Shown here: piece after piece, positions 23,503 through 36,960 of the stretch
Numbering within the stretch: the first letter of the stretch is position 1
Layout: the number at the start of each line of letters is the position of its first letter
Assembly: GCA_043228905.1 (NCBI GenBank)
Contig: JBHGNT010000007.1
Span: 15,066,001-15,130,000 of the forward strand
Length of the DNA stretch: 64,000 nucleotides
DNA from: Azolla caroliniana
Taxonomy: Eukaryota; Plantae; Polypodiophyta
Direction: 5' to 3'
Program-made: the position numbers and the translations under genes
The notes under the pieces: model-generated
What the model saw: only the letters and a program-made list of their open reading frames with translations
What the model was told of the DNA's origin: nothing
Databases searched by the model: none

Positions 23503-24548
23503 ATAGATTGATTCGGTTGTGCAGCTGCAGGTACGCGGGGTCATGGTTGTGGTATGATGTGACACATAGTGGAAGGTAGTGGACAAGACTTGGATTTCGG
23601 TGGGAGTGAATTCGTGTGTCTGGAATTCCTTGACACGATTTGTGATATCTTCAGGGGTGTTGAGGATAGCTTCGGCCGTTACGTGGGTGATCGATGGTTG
23701 TTTGTGAGGTGGTGGCCGTTCCTGTTCGCCTTGGTATACCTGCCTTAAGAAATTGCGTTCAGGGAGGCGGAGTCGCTCAGGTTGTCCCTGTACGGCTATC
23801 TTGCGGAGTCGTTCCTGGCAGTGAATGAAGGGAGGGGTGGGGGGTCCGATGCTGAACTTTCCGCACAAGTGGAGGGTAAGGAACCACGCGAAATTGACTG
23901 CCGATTTGGGTCGTGTGTACCATTCTCGGACCCGGCGAAGAAGCTCATGAGCCCACTAGACTGGTTGAGGATCATGTGCCCACTTGAGGAACTCGCCGAT
24001 GATGTGGGAGATGGCATTGGTAGATGCGGTGTCGCTGATTTGGGCAATTGCGCTACAACGGTCGTGGAGGTGGAGAGGGATTTCAGTGTAACGCCAACCT
24101 TCGCATCCCGAATATTTGGCGTAGGCGGCAGGGATGATGCGGGGACGACCCCCGGGGTCCGCGTGGTGCGGAAGGGGAGACCATCGAGGGGTAAATGCAG
24201 CGTAGTGCAAATGTCGGCGGCAGTGAACTAGAATTCGATGGAGGGAGAATTCGCGAAAGCCTGCATATCGACGTGGCCCGTATCGGGGTTGTACCCGGTG
24301 AAGAAACGGTTGACCTGCTCGGGGAGGACGCCATACGGGCCAATCCTGAGGAAGAACTTGAGGCCAAGTCGGGAAAGGGCGTTGAACACGTCGGGTTCAA
24401 GGTACTTGAGCTGCGTGGCGGCCGTGGGGACCTGGTAAGTACATCGGGTGTTGTTGAACACTGCCAGAATAACTAAGGAACCGCAACGGGCGTCAAGGTA
24501 GTACGCGTGGAAGAGCTTGATGAATTGAGGAGACGTCATCGTTTGCAA
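23503..24548 (-). pseudogene. N-terminal part of the host element's extra 3' ORF (env-like/putative plant transposon protein type)
   Basis: VLPEQVNRFFTGY resembles the YPxLVxxFY motif, and QPV*WAHELL resembles the VDW motif seen in 41391-42140. Broken by stops and a frameshift. Confidence 0.5.
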
Positions 24549-24717
24549 CCTGTGGGGAAAAGATTAGGATAGTTAAATCCGGTGACGAATCCCTATTGGC
24601 GGGGTGGAGGAATGGGGGTTTGGAAGGGGAGCGGGTAGGATATCGCTTCGGGCTGGTGAGGGGTTCGTGGGGTCAGGTTCCGCGAACCGGCGAGGGGGTT
24701 CGAACGAGGGTTAGGTT

Positions 24718-25140
24718 GTTCGAGGAGTTAGGTTCCTCAAACAAAAGGTAGGTTGTTCGAGGAGTTAGACTCCTCGAACATGTGGGGGTTTGAGGAGTTA
24801 GGCTCCTCGAACATGTGGGTGTTCGAGGTGTTAGGCTCCTCAAACAAGGGGAGTTTGTTCGAGGAGTTAGGCTCCTCGAACAAGGGGCGTTTGTTCGAGG
24901 AGTTAGGCTCATCGAGGAAGGGGAGTTTGTTCAAGGAGTTAGGCTTCTCGAACATGTGGAGGTTGTTCGAGGAGTTAGGCTCCTCAAACAAGGGGTAGGT
25001 TGTTCGAGGAGTTAGGTTCCTCGAACATGTGGGGGTGGGGGTTCGAGGAGTTAGACTCCTCGAACAAAGGGTTGGTGGTTCGAGGAGTTAGACTCCTCGA
25101 ACCAAGGGGTAGGTGGTTCGAGGAGTGAGACTCCTCGAAC
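24718..25140. repeat. Array of 12 palindromic 25-26-bp units (GTTCGAGGAG-TTAGG-CTCCTCGAAC) with 8-14-nt linkers
   Basis: Counted directly; each unit is a 10-bp inverted repeat. Confidence 0.92.
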
Positions 25141-25934
25141 ACGTGTGAACGTGAAACGACGAGGTGGAGTGGCCCGTTAACGGCCGGCGACGTGAGGAGT
25201 GGTGGAATTTACGGGGCCATCATCATGGCCGCCACGGGGGGGAAACGAAACAAAACGACGAGGCCGTGTGGCCCGTTAATGGCCAACGACATGAGGAGGG
25301 GGGGGCAATGACATGGCGGCTGCTAGCAGCCGCGGAGGGAAACGAAAAAACGATGAGGCCATGTGGCTTGTTAATGGGTAGCGACATTAGGAGGGGAGGC
25401 AGCGACGTGGTTGCTGCGATGGCCGCCATAGAGGGGCGAAGCGCAGGTGAGGAAGACGCATGGAGAATGAGAGGGCAGAGAGAAGGCCTACCCGAGGCAT
25501 GGGTAATCCAGGCGTGTAGGAGACTAGGCGGCGGCCGGGGTAGGCAACGTACGGGGTAGGAGCGGGAGCACCGAGGGTGGAGGGTGGAGTGCGCCGAACA
25601 GAGATAGGTGTGAGGGGGTGGAGGAAAGAAAGGTTGTGAGGGGGGAGGAAGAAGAGTGCTGCAGAAAATGGGGTCGCGAGAGGGAAGGGGTAAAAAAGAA
25701 ATAAGAGTCGCTAAAGAAAGAGAGAGAGAGAGGGGGGGGGGGAGAGAGAAAAGAAAGAAAAAAGAAGAAGAAAATAAATAAATAAATAAAAAAAAAAGAA
25801 AAGAAAAGAAAAGAAAAGAAAAAGAAAACCAAGGCAACGAGCGAACAAACAAGGGGAACGCGAGGCCGCGAGGGCGAGGAAGAAAAAGAACAACTAAAAA
25901 AGGAGAGAGAGAGGGGGTAAAGGAAAAATTGTCC

Positions 25935-28892
25935 TGCCACACCTTTCTATTGGCTTTCTCTGCCAAGAGTGCCTGGAATGCAAGAAGGTGAGTTTCGGTT
26001 AGTCGTTCTAGGTTCTCTAGATGTGACGGGAGGGGGTTCCCGTCCCATCGTTCTTGTACGGCTATCTTGAGGCTGGGGACCAGGAACTTGGTGGGTAATA
26101 CTACTTCTTGTCCATACACTAGTTTGAATGGTGTGTGGCGAGTTCTGACTTTGTAGGAGTTACGGAAAGCCCATAATGCCGCTTGGAGTTTGGTGCTCGA
26201 ATCAGACCGTGAGGCGACGATTATCTTTGTGAGCACTACACATAACACCTTATTTGTGTTTTTCTCTTGTCCGTTGCATCGAGGGTAATAAGGAGAACTC
26301 TTGCGGTGTGTCACCATAAATTCGCCTAGTAGATGTGCTATCACTTCGTTGACGAAGTGGGAGCCTTGGTCGCTAATGATTTCGAGCAGACATCCAAACC
26401 GTACTATGACATTTTCATATAGGAATTTGGCGGTGCTACGCACGTCAGCATTAACGCAAGCTTTAGCTTCTACCCACTTGGTAGCGTAGTTAGTGGCGGT
26501 TATTATGTATCGATTGAGGTTGGAAGCTGGGCTGATTGGGCCAATAAAGTCGATACCCCATTTCTCGAATGGTTGTCATGCCAACACCGGGTTTAACGTA
26601 TTGAAATCCTCTTTTAGTGGGTGTTTGAAACGTTGGCACTCGTAAGAACGGTGTACATACTCATATGTGTCTTTGAAGAGTGTTGGCCACCATAGGACCG
26701 ATTGGAGGATCTTGTGCACGGTGACCTCGTGATTGAAATGACCACTTCCGCTTCCGCAATGAGCTTGTTCGAGGGTGGCGATGATGTCGCGGTCTGTGAC
26801 ACACCTGTGTAGTAGATCGTCGTTACAACATCGGTACAAGTTGCCTCTGAGCATCGTGAAGGGGCCACATTTCTTTAACAAGACACACACATGTGCCCGG
26901 GGTAGTTGTTTGAGGAAGGACGCTCCTTCAGTTAGGACTTGAACAATGTCTAATGCCCATGCTGGTACGGTGTCAATCGTGAATAATGCTGCATCTGGTG
27001 TTTCATCGTCGACCCCAGTGGCTTCTTCTCCGTTTGGTATCTAGGAGAAATGATCAGCGAGTACATGGTCATTTTCTTTTCTCACCACTACCTTGAAGTC
27101 GAACTCGAGTAACGTTACGATCCATCGTGAGATTCGTCCGGTGGAGTGAGTTTTATTTACTAGGTAGAGTAGGGCCTGATGATCTACAAAAAATGAGAAT
27201 CGTGACGTTAAGAGGTAGTGGCAGAATTTTTTTACGCTGTAAACCATGGCCGAAGCTTCCTGTTCCGTCGTGGAGTAATTTTGTTCCACGGTGTTTAGTT
27301 GGCAACTAGCAAAGGTGACCGGTAGGTCGAGTGCCCCTTCATCGGGTTGAGCTAGCACTGCACCAATCGCGAAGGCGGAAGCGTCAGTGTGAACATGGAA
27401 TTCTTTGGTCCAATGTGGGGCCGGAGGATGGGGGCCTTAGTTAGGCACTCTTTCAAGAGCTTGAAGGATGTGTGCATTCTTCTGTCCAAGTGAACTGCTT
27501 TCGTAGGGCATAGAGCGGTCGGGCCTTGTCTGCGAACATCTTAATGAAGCGTCTATAGTCACCTGCGTTAGGATTCATTGGGCACGGTCTTTGCCGGATT
27601 GGGCGGGCGTTGGCTTGCATGGGGATACTATGGGTGATGACCTCAACTAGGACCCCCTTCATATCGACGTATGAACATGTGAACACGTCGCTAAATTTTG
27701 TGAGGAGGGTGATCAAAGAAGTCTCCTCGTCCAATTGGAGATCTGCGGCTATGAACACTGGTTTGGAGTCCGTCCCTTTCCCAAGGTTGATTTCTTTCAC
27801 CCTTGCCGGTCCATCGTAGACTTCTCCTAGTCCTTGGGGGGTGCGTTGTGGTCTCTTACAAGCCACTGCTCGATTCTCTTGTTCATAAAGTTTGAAATGC
27901 TCTGGGAAGTCGACTCTCGTCGAGGTCTTCTGAGTGGTCGTGGCGTCACTTGGACGTGTGACTCGTTGGACCAGGTCTTCGTCCTTTACGTCTACTCGTT
28001 TTCGCTGGGATTTGAGGGTGGTGACGTTGAAGCAAGAGATTGTGTCTCCGTCCTCATCACAACACTTTGTACCTATAGGGTACATCGTGTCGGCTGTGGC
28101 GAGAGCATGTACCCAATTCATCTCTGACGTCTCGGAAGCGACGGATTGTTCGTCTCTCTCACGTACGTTCCCCTCTTTGGAATTGGCGGGTTTTTGGGGG
28201 AACGGTTGGCCTCTGGCCAAGAGTTGAATTGTCTTTGTGGGGTTGCACGCTAGGACCTTGGTCTAGAACTCGGTGGTTTCTGACCAATCGTCTACGAGAG
28301 GGCTGCCTTCTTGTTCATGCACTTTTTGTGTGTATGCTTAGCTGTGGAAGGTTTTGTTGTCTTTACGCATATAGATTATATCGTTCCCAAAATCCATTAC
28401 CAGGAAACTTATACGTAAGAATGGTCTTCCTAATAAGCACTCGTAGGCCACATGGTTGGATGATCTTGTGTCGACGAAGGTGAGATTGAACTCCATTCCG
28501 TGGATAGTGAAGTGATGCGCAGGGATGATGCCTTCCGGCCCTTGGATGGACCCATTTGCCATTCGTAGTTTGACATCTGAAGGAAGCATTTTTGGGCTCC
28601 CCCACTTACACCAACATTTGTAGCTGACGATACTTACCCCTGCTCCGGTGTCAATGATTGCGTCACATGTCTTGCCATTGACGCAGATTGCTAGAGTGAA
28701 ACTAGTATCGTCGCTCTCAAAGTGAGCTTCGCGTATATTGACTGGTGGTCCTTCGGGTTGCTTGAGGACTGTGGACGTATGAGGAGCGTGGGTGTGTATC
28801 CTTTCGCCATACCCTGCTGATAGGCTACCATTGAGGCATCGAAGGACGTCGTGCCATGGTTGAATGTTGAGTTTGAGTAGTTCTTCGAGCAT
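25935..28892 (-). pseudogene. pol: Degenerate pol of the host element (PR, deleted RT, RNase H, integrase)
   Basis: AIIDTGAGVS, VFTCSYVDMKG, EQNYSTTEQEA, AHCGSGSGHF and ISDQGSHF. The RT core is absent. Confidence 0.88.
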
Positions 28893-29087
28893 GACCTCTA
28901 TCTCCTTGGCGAGTAGAGGTCGTAGTAGGGGGTTGTCGGCTACGAAGGTGCCAGTGTAGCTCTACACTTCGCGTAATGTGAGTCGTAATCATAAATTTAA
29001 GATTTGCTGGAGTAGGGCTGTGTTGACCTCTTTGATCGGGGTAGGATGGCAGGTGGGGGTGTCGGTTGCTGTGACGACGGGGGGAGG

Positions 29088-32000
29088 TGTCGAATACAAG
29101 TATATAATGGACGTATTCACACTATCCCTTTTGTATAGCTCAAGTTTGGGCCATTTGTGTAATTAGCATAAACGGGAGTTGCCCTAAGTCGGTCACTATA
29201 TAAAGTGACCTTGTAACCTTTTTGTAAGGTTGGTTGTATTGTTGGTTGTATTATTGTTTTCTATTGAATAGAAAGACTCTTTTGTGCCTCTCTCTCTCTC
29301 TCTCTGTGCACGATCTTGGAAGCTGTCATACGCAGGTATTCAAAACGAATCGAATGCTTCTTGATCTTCCGCATTGACGGCCTTCTCTCTCCAACATTTG
29401 GTATCAGAGCTTGGTTCCTCAACCCGCTGTCGGCCGTCATCACCGCCTGCACAACATTCGGTTTCTTGCGTCATTCGAAGAAGAGAGAAGAAGAAGAAAA
29501 ACGAGGCTTGCATCTCATCGCGTTAGATCATCTTCGCTTGGAGTAAGCCAACCGGTTGTACTCTGTTCCTTGTGATCGTAACCGCTCGAGGTGAAATCCC
29601 CTTGTGCAACATTGACACGATCGTGCTCCACTCGGTTAAACGGCATCCGAAGAGGTCATCAAACGCTGCTCGCAGCTCATTGTAACCACTCGGTGCAGAT
29701 CGGTCTCAAGACAACAACCCCAAATCGTGCTTCATCCGGCTGATCGACATTCGGGAGGATCAGTTGGATCCGTCTCTCTCGTCGCTGCAGTCACCCGAAG
29801 CAGAATCGGTCCAGACAATCGGTTTCAATAATCGGTACTTCGCATATATATTCGGAAGCGAACCGGGCTCACTCCGACTCGGCAACATTCGGGAAGACCA
29901 GTCGGTTCTGTCCCTCAAGTTACCGGAGTCAATTCGAGCAAGTTCAACAATACATATATCCGAAGCCGAACCGACTCGGGTTCAAATCCGACTAGAACGA
30001 TATCGGGTGAGCCAACCGGCTGCACTCCAACAAGGTTCGTAGTCAACTCCGAACCGAGCTTCGTCAACCGAAACCAAATTTGATGGCATCAACATCCGGC
30101 TCGTCAGAAATGAGTCTACGAAAGTTCGATGGATCGAACTTCAACTTCTGGAAGGAGCAGATGCAGGACTATCTCATAGTCAAGGGGCAAATCGATCCCA
30201 TCGAAAATGAAGAACCTCCAGAAGGATACAAACCAATTGAGTGGCAGAAGCTGGACAGAATCGTCCGCGCCACGATTCGGATGCACCTATCGGAATCGGT
30301 ATACTTTACGGTGCAATCGTGTACGACAACATTCGAACTGTGGAAAACACTGTCGGACACCTACGAAAAGAAGGTCGCTGCAACGAAGATGTTCCTGATC
30401 CGACGCCTCTACAACTTGCGGATGAAAGAATCAGATTCGGTTCAAGCACATCTCAATGAGTACGAAAGCATAAGCTCCCAAATCTCATCTCAGGGGACGG
30501 CAATCGAGGATGAACTCAGAGCAATGATACTCATGAGCAGCCTTCCCTCATCATGGGAAACCTTCGTCACAACCGTGTGCAACGCGTCAACCACGGCTGT
30601 TAAATACTCCGAAGTCACGAGCGCAATCCTGACCGAAGCAGCTCGGAGAAAGTCTTTCGCCAAAGACTCAACAGACGACGCTTATGTAGTACAAGGTTCG
30701 ACAGACCGATCGAACATACGAGGAAGAGATTCCTCACGGCAGCCGAACAATCAGCGAAGACGGAGCCAGTCACGGGATAACCGAATCTGCAACTATTGCA
30801 AGAAACCCGGACACATCAAAGCCGACTGCCGCGCACTCAAGAACAAGAACGACAAGTCTCAGAAATCAGACAAGAAGAGTGGCCGGCATGAGGAGATCAA
30901 TTACGTCAGCTTCTCAGCTGATGTGCTACCAAACGACCCGAATATACTATCAATCGAAAATCCAGTCGGATCAGAAGTTCTGCTCACGACTGAAGAATCG
31001 AGCACATGGCTCTTAGATTCGGGTGCGTCATTTCACGTGACTCCTCATCGATCCCAATTTCGGCAATATACGATCCGTCACTCCGACTCAGTTCGAGTCG
31101 GCAACTCGCAACACTGCGACATCATCGGAATCGGCACAGTAGAGCTCAACCTTGCAGGTGGCTCTACACTTGTACTTCACAATGTCCGACATGTACCCGA
31201 GCTCTCAAGGCCATTGATCTCAGTCGGACAACTAGATGAAGACGGCATTCGTGCCGGTTTTTCTTCGGGAGGGTGGACACTCCACAGGGGGAACCTCCTG
31301 CTTGCTAGAGGACCCAAGATACACTCACTGTATTCGTTACATGTTACGCTCAGAGAGGGTAACCTGTTTTTGGTGGATATTCCTGTGTCATCACTATGGC
31401 ACAGAAGATTAGGACACCTCAGCAAGGCCGGCATTACGCACCTATCTAGAGCCGGATACATCCCTAAACTCTCCTTCTCGGACCATCAATTCTGCGAACA
31501 TTGCCAGTATGGCAAACAAGCAGCCGCATCACACCCGACATCAGCACCAAGAGAAACGAGACCTCTCGATTTAGTCCACTCGGACGTCTGTGGCCCAATG
31601 CCGCATCAGTCTCTCGGCGGTGCCTCTTACTTCGTCAGTTTCATTGACGAATCGACTTGAAAGGTGTGGGCTTATCCAATTCGCACCAAAGATCGTGTCT
31701 TCTCGATCTTCTCCGATTGGCTCGCTATGGTGGAAAATCAAACTGACCGAAAACTGAAATGCTTTCGGACCGACAATGGGGGAGAGTTCAAATCAGAAGA
31801 ATTCGTCAAATTCTGCCGACAACGCGGCATCCGACGTGAATTTACGGCACCACACAGTCTGGAGCAAAACGGGATTGCAGAACGCATGAATCGGACAATC
31901 CAAGAACGGATAGTTTCCATGCTCCAACACTCCAGACTGTCGGATGGCTTCTGGGCAGAGGCTCTACTCATGGCAGTACACATAATCAATATGTCGCCAA

Positions 32001-34612
32001 GCAGACCTCTAGGACTTCAAATTCCTCAGGAACTATGGATCGGCAGTAAGCCGAATTACGACAAGCTGAGGATCTTCGGATGCGAGGCGTACGCCCTTAT
32101 TCCGAAAGATGATCGCCGAAAACTTGCACCTCGGTCCAGGAAATGCATTTTCCTTGGATATGGATCAGACGGCGAAATGGGATACCGACTCTGGGACCCC
32201 GAACGCAAACAAATCGTTCGAAGTTCGGACGTTGTGTTCAACGAGTCGGCTATGAATCCATCAGTCGAAAAACCGATTGAAGTCCGAAGGGTAACATTTT
32301 CCGATGTGCCGACCCTTCAAGAAGGCCCTGCTCTTAACACACGGTCAGCTTCACGGGTAGCTGAACCTTACACTACCGACTCGGACAACCCCGACTCGGC
32401 ACAGCAGAATAATTCGCTTTCGGACCATCCGACCTCGATACCCGATGCGACCAGTCCAGTCATACCCCGATGATCCGAGAGACTGTCGCAACCTCCGGAG
32501 AGGTATTGTCCTGGAATTTTCTTCACCGACGCCGGCGAACCGACGTCTTACGAAGAAGCATCGACATCTGTCGATTCAGCCACCTGGCATCTGGCGATGG
32601 AGTCGGAAATGCACTCCATTCGAGCAAACAAGACTTGGGACCTGGTTGAATTACCTAAGAATCGACGTGCTCTTCCCTGCAAGTGGGTTTATCGACTAAA
32701 AGAGACGTCTGATTCGACCACCCCAAAGTACAAGGCCAGATTAGTTGCGAAGGGCTTCCGCCAAGAATATGGCGTCGACTTCGACGAGATTTTTTCACCA
32801 GTGGTGAAAATGACAACCCTTCGTTTTCTACTCGGCGTAGTGGCAGCCGACAACTTGGAGCTGATTCAGCTAGATGTCAAAACAGCCTTCCTCCATGGTG
32901 ATCTTGAAGAGGAAATTTATATGGAGCAGCCAAAAGGCTTCGTGGCAACTGGCCAAGAACATCTAGTCTGCCGACTCAGGAAGAGTCTATACGGCCTCAA
33001 ACAGGCACCGCGACAATGGTACAAGAAGTTCGACGACTTCATCCAATCGATCGGCTTCTCAAAAAGCGATGAGGACCATTTTTTTACCACCACAGCTCAA
33101 GATGGATCACCCATCTTCCTCATCATTTACGTGGACGACATGCTAATTTCTGGACGCCACGCAGGCGAACTTGCCGATCTCATTCGGCAATTGCGGTTGA
33201 AGTTTGCCATGAAGGACCTCGGTCCGGCACGACACATACTTGGCATGAAGATTAGTCGGCACCGCGATAAACGACATCTTTTTTTGTCTCAGACCGACTA
33301 TATCGGACGTGTCTTGGAACGCTTCAACATGCAATCAGCCAAATCTGCTTCAACCCCGCTCCCCATGAATCCTCGGCTCTCTCAGCGAGACTGCCCGACA
33401 TCCGGTCCGGAGGGGGAAGATATGAAGTAGGTACCGTATGCACCGGCAGTCGGCTCCCTTATGTACCTGATGGTCGCGACACGGCCTGATATCTCTCATG
33501 CCGTAGGAGTCGTTAGCAGATTTATGCACAATCCTGGCCGATCGCATTGGAACGCAGTCAAGCATGTGTTCAGATATCTGGCTGGCACAAAAGACCACGG
33601 CATTCTTTTCGGTCCGAACTCAACCTCAGGCGTAGTCGGTTACACCGACTCGGATTTCGCCGGCTGTATAGACAGTCGGAAATCAACAACCGGATACTGC
33701 TTCAAATTCGGCAATGGAGCAATTTCGTGGAAGTCGAAACTTCAGGAGTGCACAGCGACCTCAACGACCGAAGCAGAATATGTAGCTGCGTCCGACGCTG
33801 CAAAAGAAGCTTTGTGGCTCGGCCGGCTGGCGCACACGTTTCGGCAAGTCGACCATGACTCGGCCCAGTTGTCTATAGCGACAGTCAAGGTGCTGTTGCC
33901 CTGTCGAAAAATCCGGTTCACCACAACGCCTCCAAACATATCGACGTTCGATATCACTTCGTTCGGGACTGCGTCATTTCAGGGAAAATCGGTCTAGAGA
34001 AAATATCCACAACCGACAATGTCGCAGATGGAATGACCAAGTGTCTTTCGGCAGACCGCTTTCGGTCTCTTCGGCATCAGATGGGCGTAACGACAAACCA
34101 GTCCGGTTAGAGCCGGACACAGCGCAGGATGGTTTCCGACAACCGACATCAGTTCCTTAATGATCGGCTTCAACTCTTCCGACCCGACCAGTTCGGTCTT
34201 CTGCCTTCGGACCCTGCCGACTCGAACAAAACTGATATGTCCGAGAACCTAGGTTTATACCTGTAATCTTAGATAACCCATGTATACGCCCATTACGGGG
34301 GAGTGTCGAATACAAGTATATAATGGACGTATTCACACTATCCCTTTTGTTTAGCTCAAGTTTGGGCCATTTGTGTAATTAGCATAAACGGGAGTTGCCC
34401 TAAGTCGGTCACTATATAAAGTGACCTTGTAACCTTTTTGTAAGGTTGGTTGTATTGTTGGTTGTATTATTGTTTTCTATTGAATAGAAAGACTCTTTTG
34501 TGCCTCTCTCTCTCTCTCTCTGTGCACGATCTTGGAAGCTGTCATACGCAGGTATTCAAAACGAATCGAATGCTTCTTGATCTTCCGCATTGACGGCCTT
34601 CTCTCTCCAACA
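29088..34612 (+). mobile_element. Full-length Ty1/Copia (Tork/TAR-like), young insertion
   Basis: 309-bp LTRs 29088-29396 and 34304-34612 with one mismatch seen. TSD GGAGG. PBS TGGTATCAGAGC (tRNA-iMet) at 29399. PPT GGGGGAG. Confidence 0.96.
30083..34110 (+). pseudogene. Copia Gag-PR-IN-RT-RH polyprotein with three stops and at least one frameshift
   Basis: CNYCKKPGHIKADC, WLLDSGAS, VHSDVCGP, TDNGGEF, QLDVKTAFLHG, YVDD and YTDSDFAG. Stops end at 31660, 32473 and 33430; frameshift near 33865. Confidence 0.93.
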
Positions 34613-35145
34613 GGAGGTGAGGGGTTTACCCATTCTTCCAGTTGGTCAAAGTTTAAGCTTGGGAGACTTGGTGATTTTTCGAACTGTTCGTGGCGTATGA
34701 GTTTAATGTATTCTTCAACCTTTTGTTTCTCAGCCCGGTCAGAAGAGCAAGGACAAGTGGGAAGGCGGAGTCGGATCGGATAATAGGAAGTAAATAATAG
34801 TAGAATTATTATTCGGAGGGACGGATCCGGACCGATTCGGATGTTGGTTGCCTAAGCGCACCGATTGTAACCTTGCCGGATGCCTATAATAGGATCCGAT
34901 GATTTGTAAAGGGTTTGACGGAAGTAATACAAAAGTAATTATTGCGTGTTTATCTGTATCTTGGTATTGTTTACCGTCTGTGCTTAATTGTAATCATCTT
35001 ACGCGTGTAACCTAGCATCCAATCCTTACCACCCCTTTGGAGAAGTGTCGGATAAACACCTGTGTTGAGGCTAGTCCGGCCAGGCATACAACACTATTTT
35101 GGCGACCACGATTCCTGCAAAGTGCAGAGGACAACCGGGGGATGG

Positions 35146-36960
35146 ATGTCTAGACCAAACGACGACCACATCACCGAATGAGGGAGACGATACACCGAAC
35201 GAGAGCAACGACGGGAAGCCCTGCAGCAAGCCGTCGACGAGATCCGGCGGGATCGGTCATTCTCCAAAACTCTTCGGAGAGTCGCAGAAGAAGCACTGTA
35301 GTTCCGGGTTCTGCAAATCCCCAACGAAGGCAGTAGCATAACAAGCCTGCAAGAGGCGGAAACGATACTATAGACGCTCGCCGGGGGCGACGGGGACTCG
35401 GAAGCATTCGCAACACTTGAGGCGGAGTCGGAAAGCGACGGAAGCGTTGCGTCCCGGTATAAAAGCAGCCACGACACACCAAACGACCGGGGGGAAGAGG
35501 GGTCGGAAGACTCAGTAACACCGGAGCCAGAGGAAGAAATAACCTTGGAGTTCGGTGACCGGCAATCGCCGAGGGAGGCTGACGGGATACCGACAACACC
35601 CGCGAAGGAACCGAAGGAGCGGATACCGACAACACCCGCGGAGGAACCAAAGGACCGGACACCGGCAACACCCGCGGAGGAACTAAAGGAGCGGATACCG
35701 GCACCAACCGCGGAGGAACCAAAGGTTCTCACACCGACGCCAACAACGGACAGAGAGCGGAGAAAGCAGGAGAGTCAGTTGGACGACATGATGCCGTACC
35801 CATACCCAAAGTACCGGGATGAGCCCGACGCGGAGGCACACGTGTACGCATTCCTCCAAACATGGGAAGCCAACCATGTCTCCCAAAGACTGACGGAGCC
35901 TGAAGCCGAACGATCCAAAGTCGCCGAATTCGGCATGACCTTAGAAGGACCGGCGGCCCGATCGCAAAGCACTTACCGGGCAGCTTTGCCACATTCGATG
36001 CCTTGAAGGCCAAATTCCTCAGGCTTTTTCACAGACAAGTTGAGCAAAGGGAATTGGTCGGGCAGTTCTACACCACCCGGCAGGAAGAGAACGAGACTGT
36101 GCCACAATTCATCATTCGGTTTCAGACCCTGCACAGCCAACTGACGAGAGCACCACCCGAAGACGAAGCCAAAGCAGTCTTTTTGGCCGCGCTGAAAGAG
36201 CCACTTCGAACAATGTGCGGAGTCCTTGATTTCCACACCAGCACAATGGACCAAGTTATTGATCGGGTCTTAGAAATGGACAAGACTAGCTCCTTCTTGT
36301 CGATGGGGATGTTACACCGGGCACTTCCGAAGGAGGAAGACCTGAGGTTCCGATAGGCCTTACAATGCACAACATGTCTAAATTCGGGCCACTCAACAGT
36401 AGACTGCACCCTGCAGACACAATGTATGATCTGCAACTCTCGAGCCCATACAACGGACCGATGCGAATATAACCTGTTAAATCGGCAGGCGGCACCGGTT
36501 CGACACATAGAACCGCGCAATCAGAATCCGGAGGAGGATCGATTCCGGAGAGATGACCGCTACCAACGTGAACGCGGTAACAGATACGCTGATAGAAGAC
36601 GCGATAACTATGACCGAGAGGAGAAACGCAGAGATAGCTACCCCCAGGACCGGTACGACCGAGACGAATCCCCAGAATACGAATGACGCAAAGAAGAGAG
36701 GCGACAAGGGAACCGAAATTTCCGACGAAATCAGAAGCGTGGATTTTTCCGAAGAGAGGAACGTCGGGAGGCAGCAAGGAATGACAACCCGGTATCGGTA
36801 CCGGATAACCGAAAAACTGAAGACGACCACCGAAGCATACCCACCCTCCAAACCGGGGACAAAGGAGAAACGAGCAACAGTCACAAGGTGTACTATTATT
36901 ACTGCCGTAAGGAAGGCCATTATAGTAACCAATGCCCAAGCAAAACCAATGACAAGCAGC
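35146..36960 (+). pseudogene. gag: Gag with 36-bp tandem repeats and Cys/His knuckles, several stops and frameshifts
   Basis: Retrotransposon-gag-like FGMTLEGPAA...LKAKFLRLF...RQEENETV. Knuckles CTTCLNSGHSTVDC and YCRKEGHYSNQC. Repeats at 35583-35720. Confidence 0.8.

Noticed and set aside
24718-25140. CRISPR-like array of palindromic repeats
   Set aside because: Linkers are only 8-14 nt and related to one another, there are no cas genes, and the context is a eukaryotic retrotransposon.
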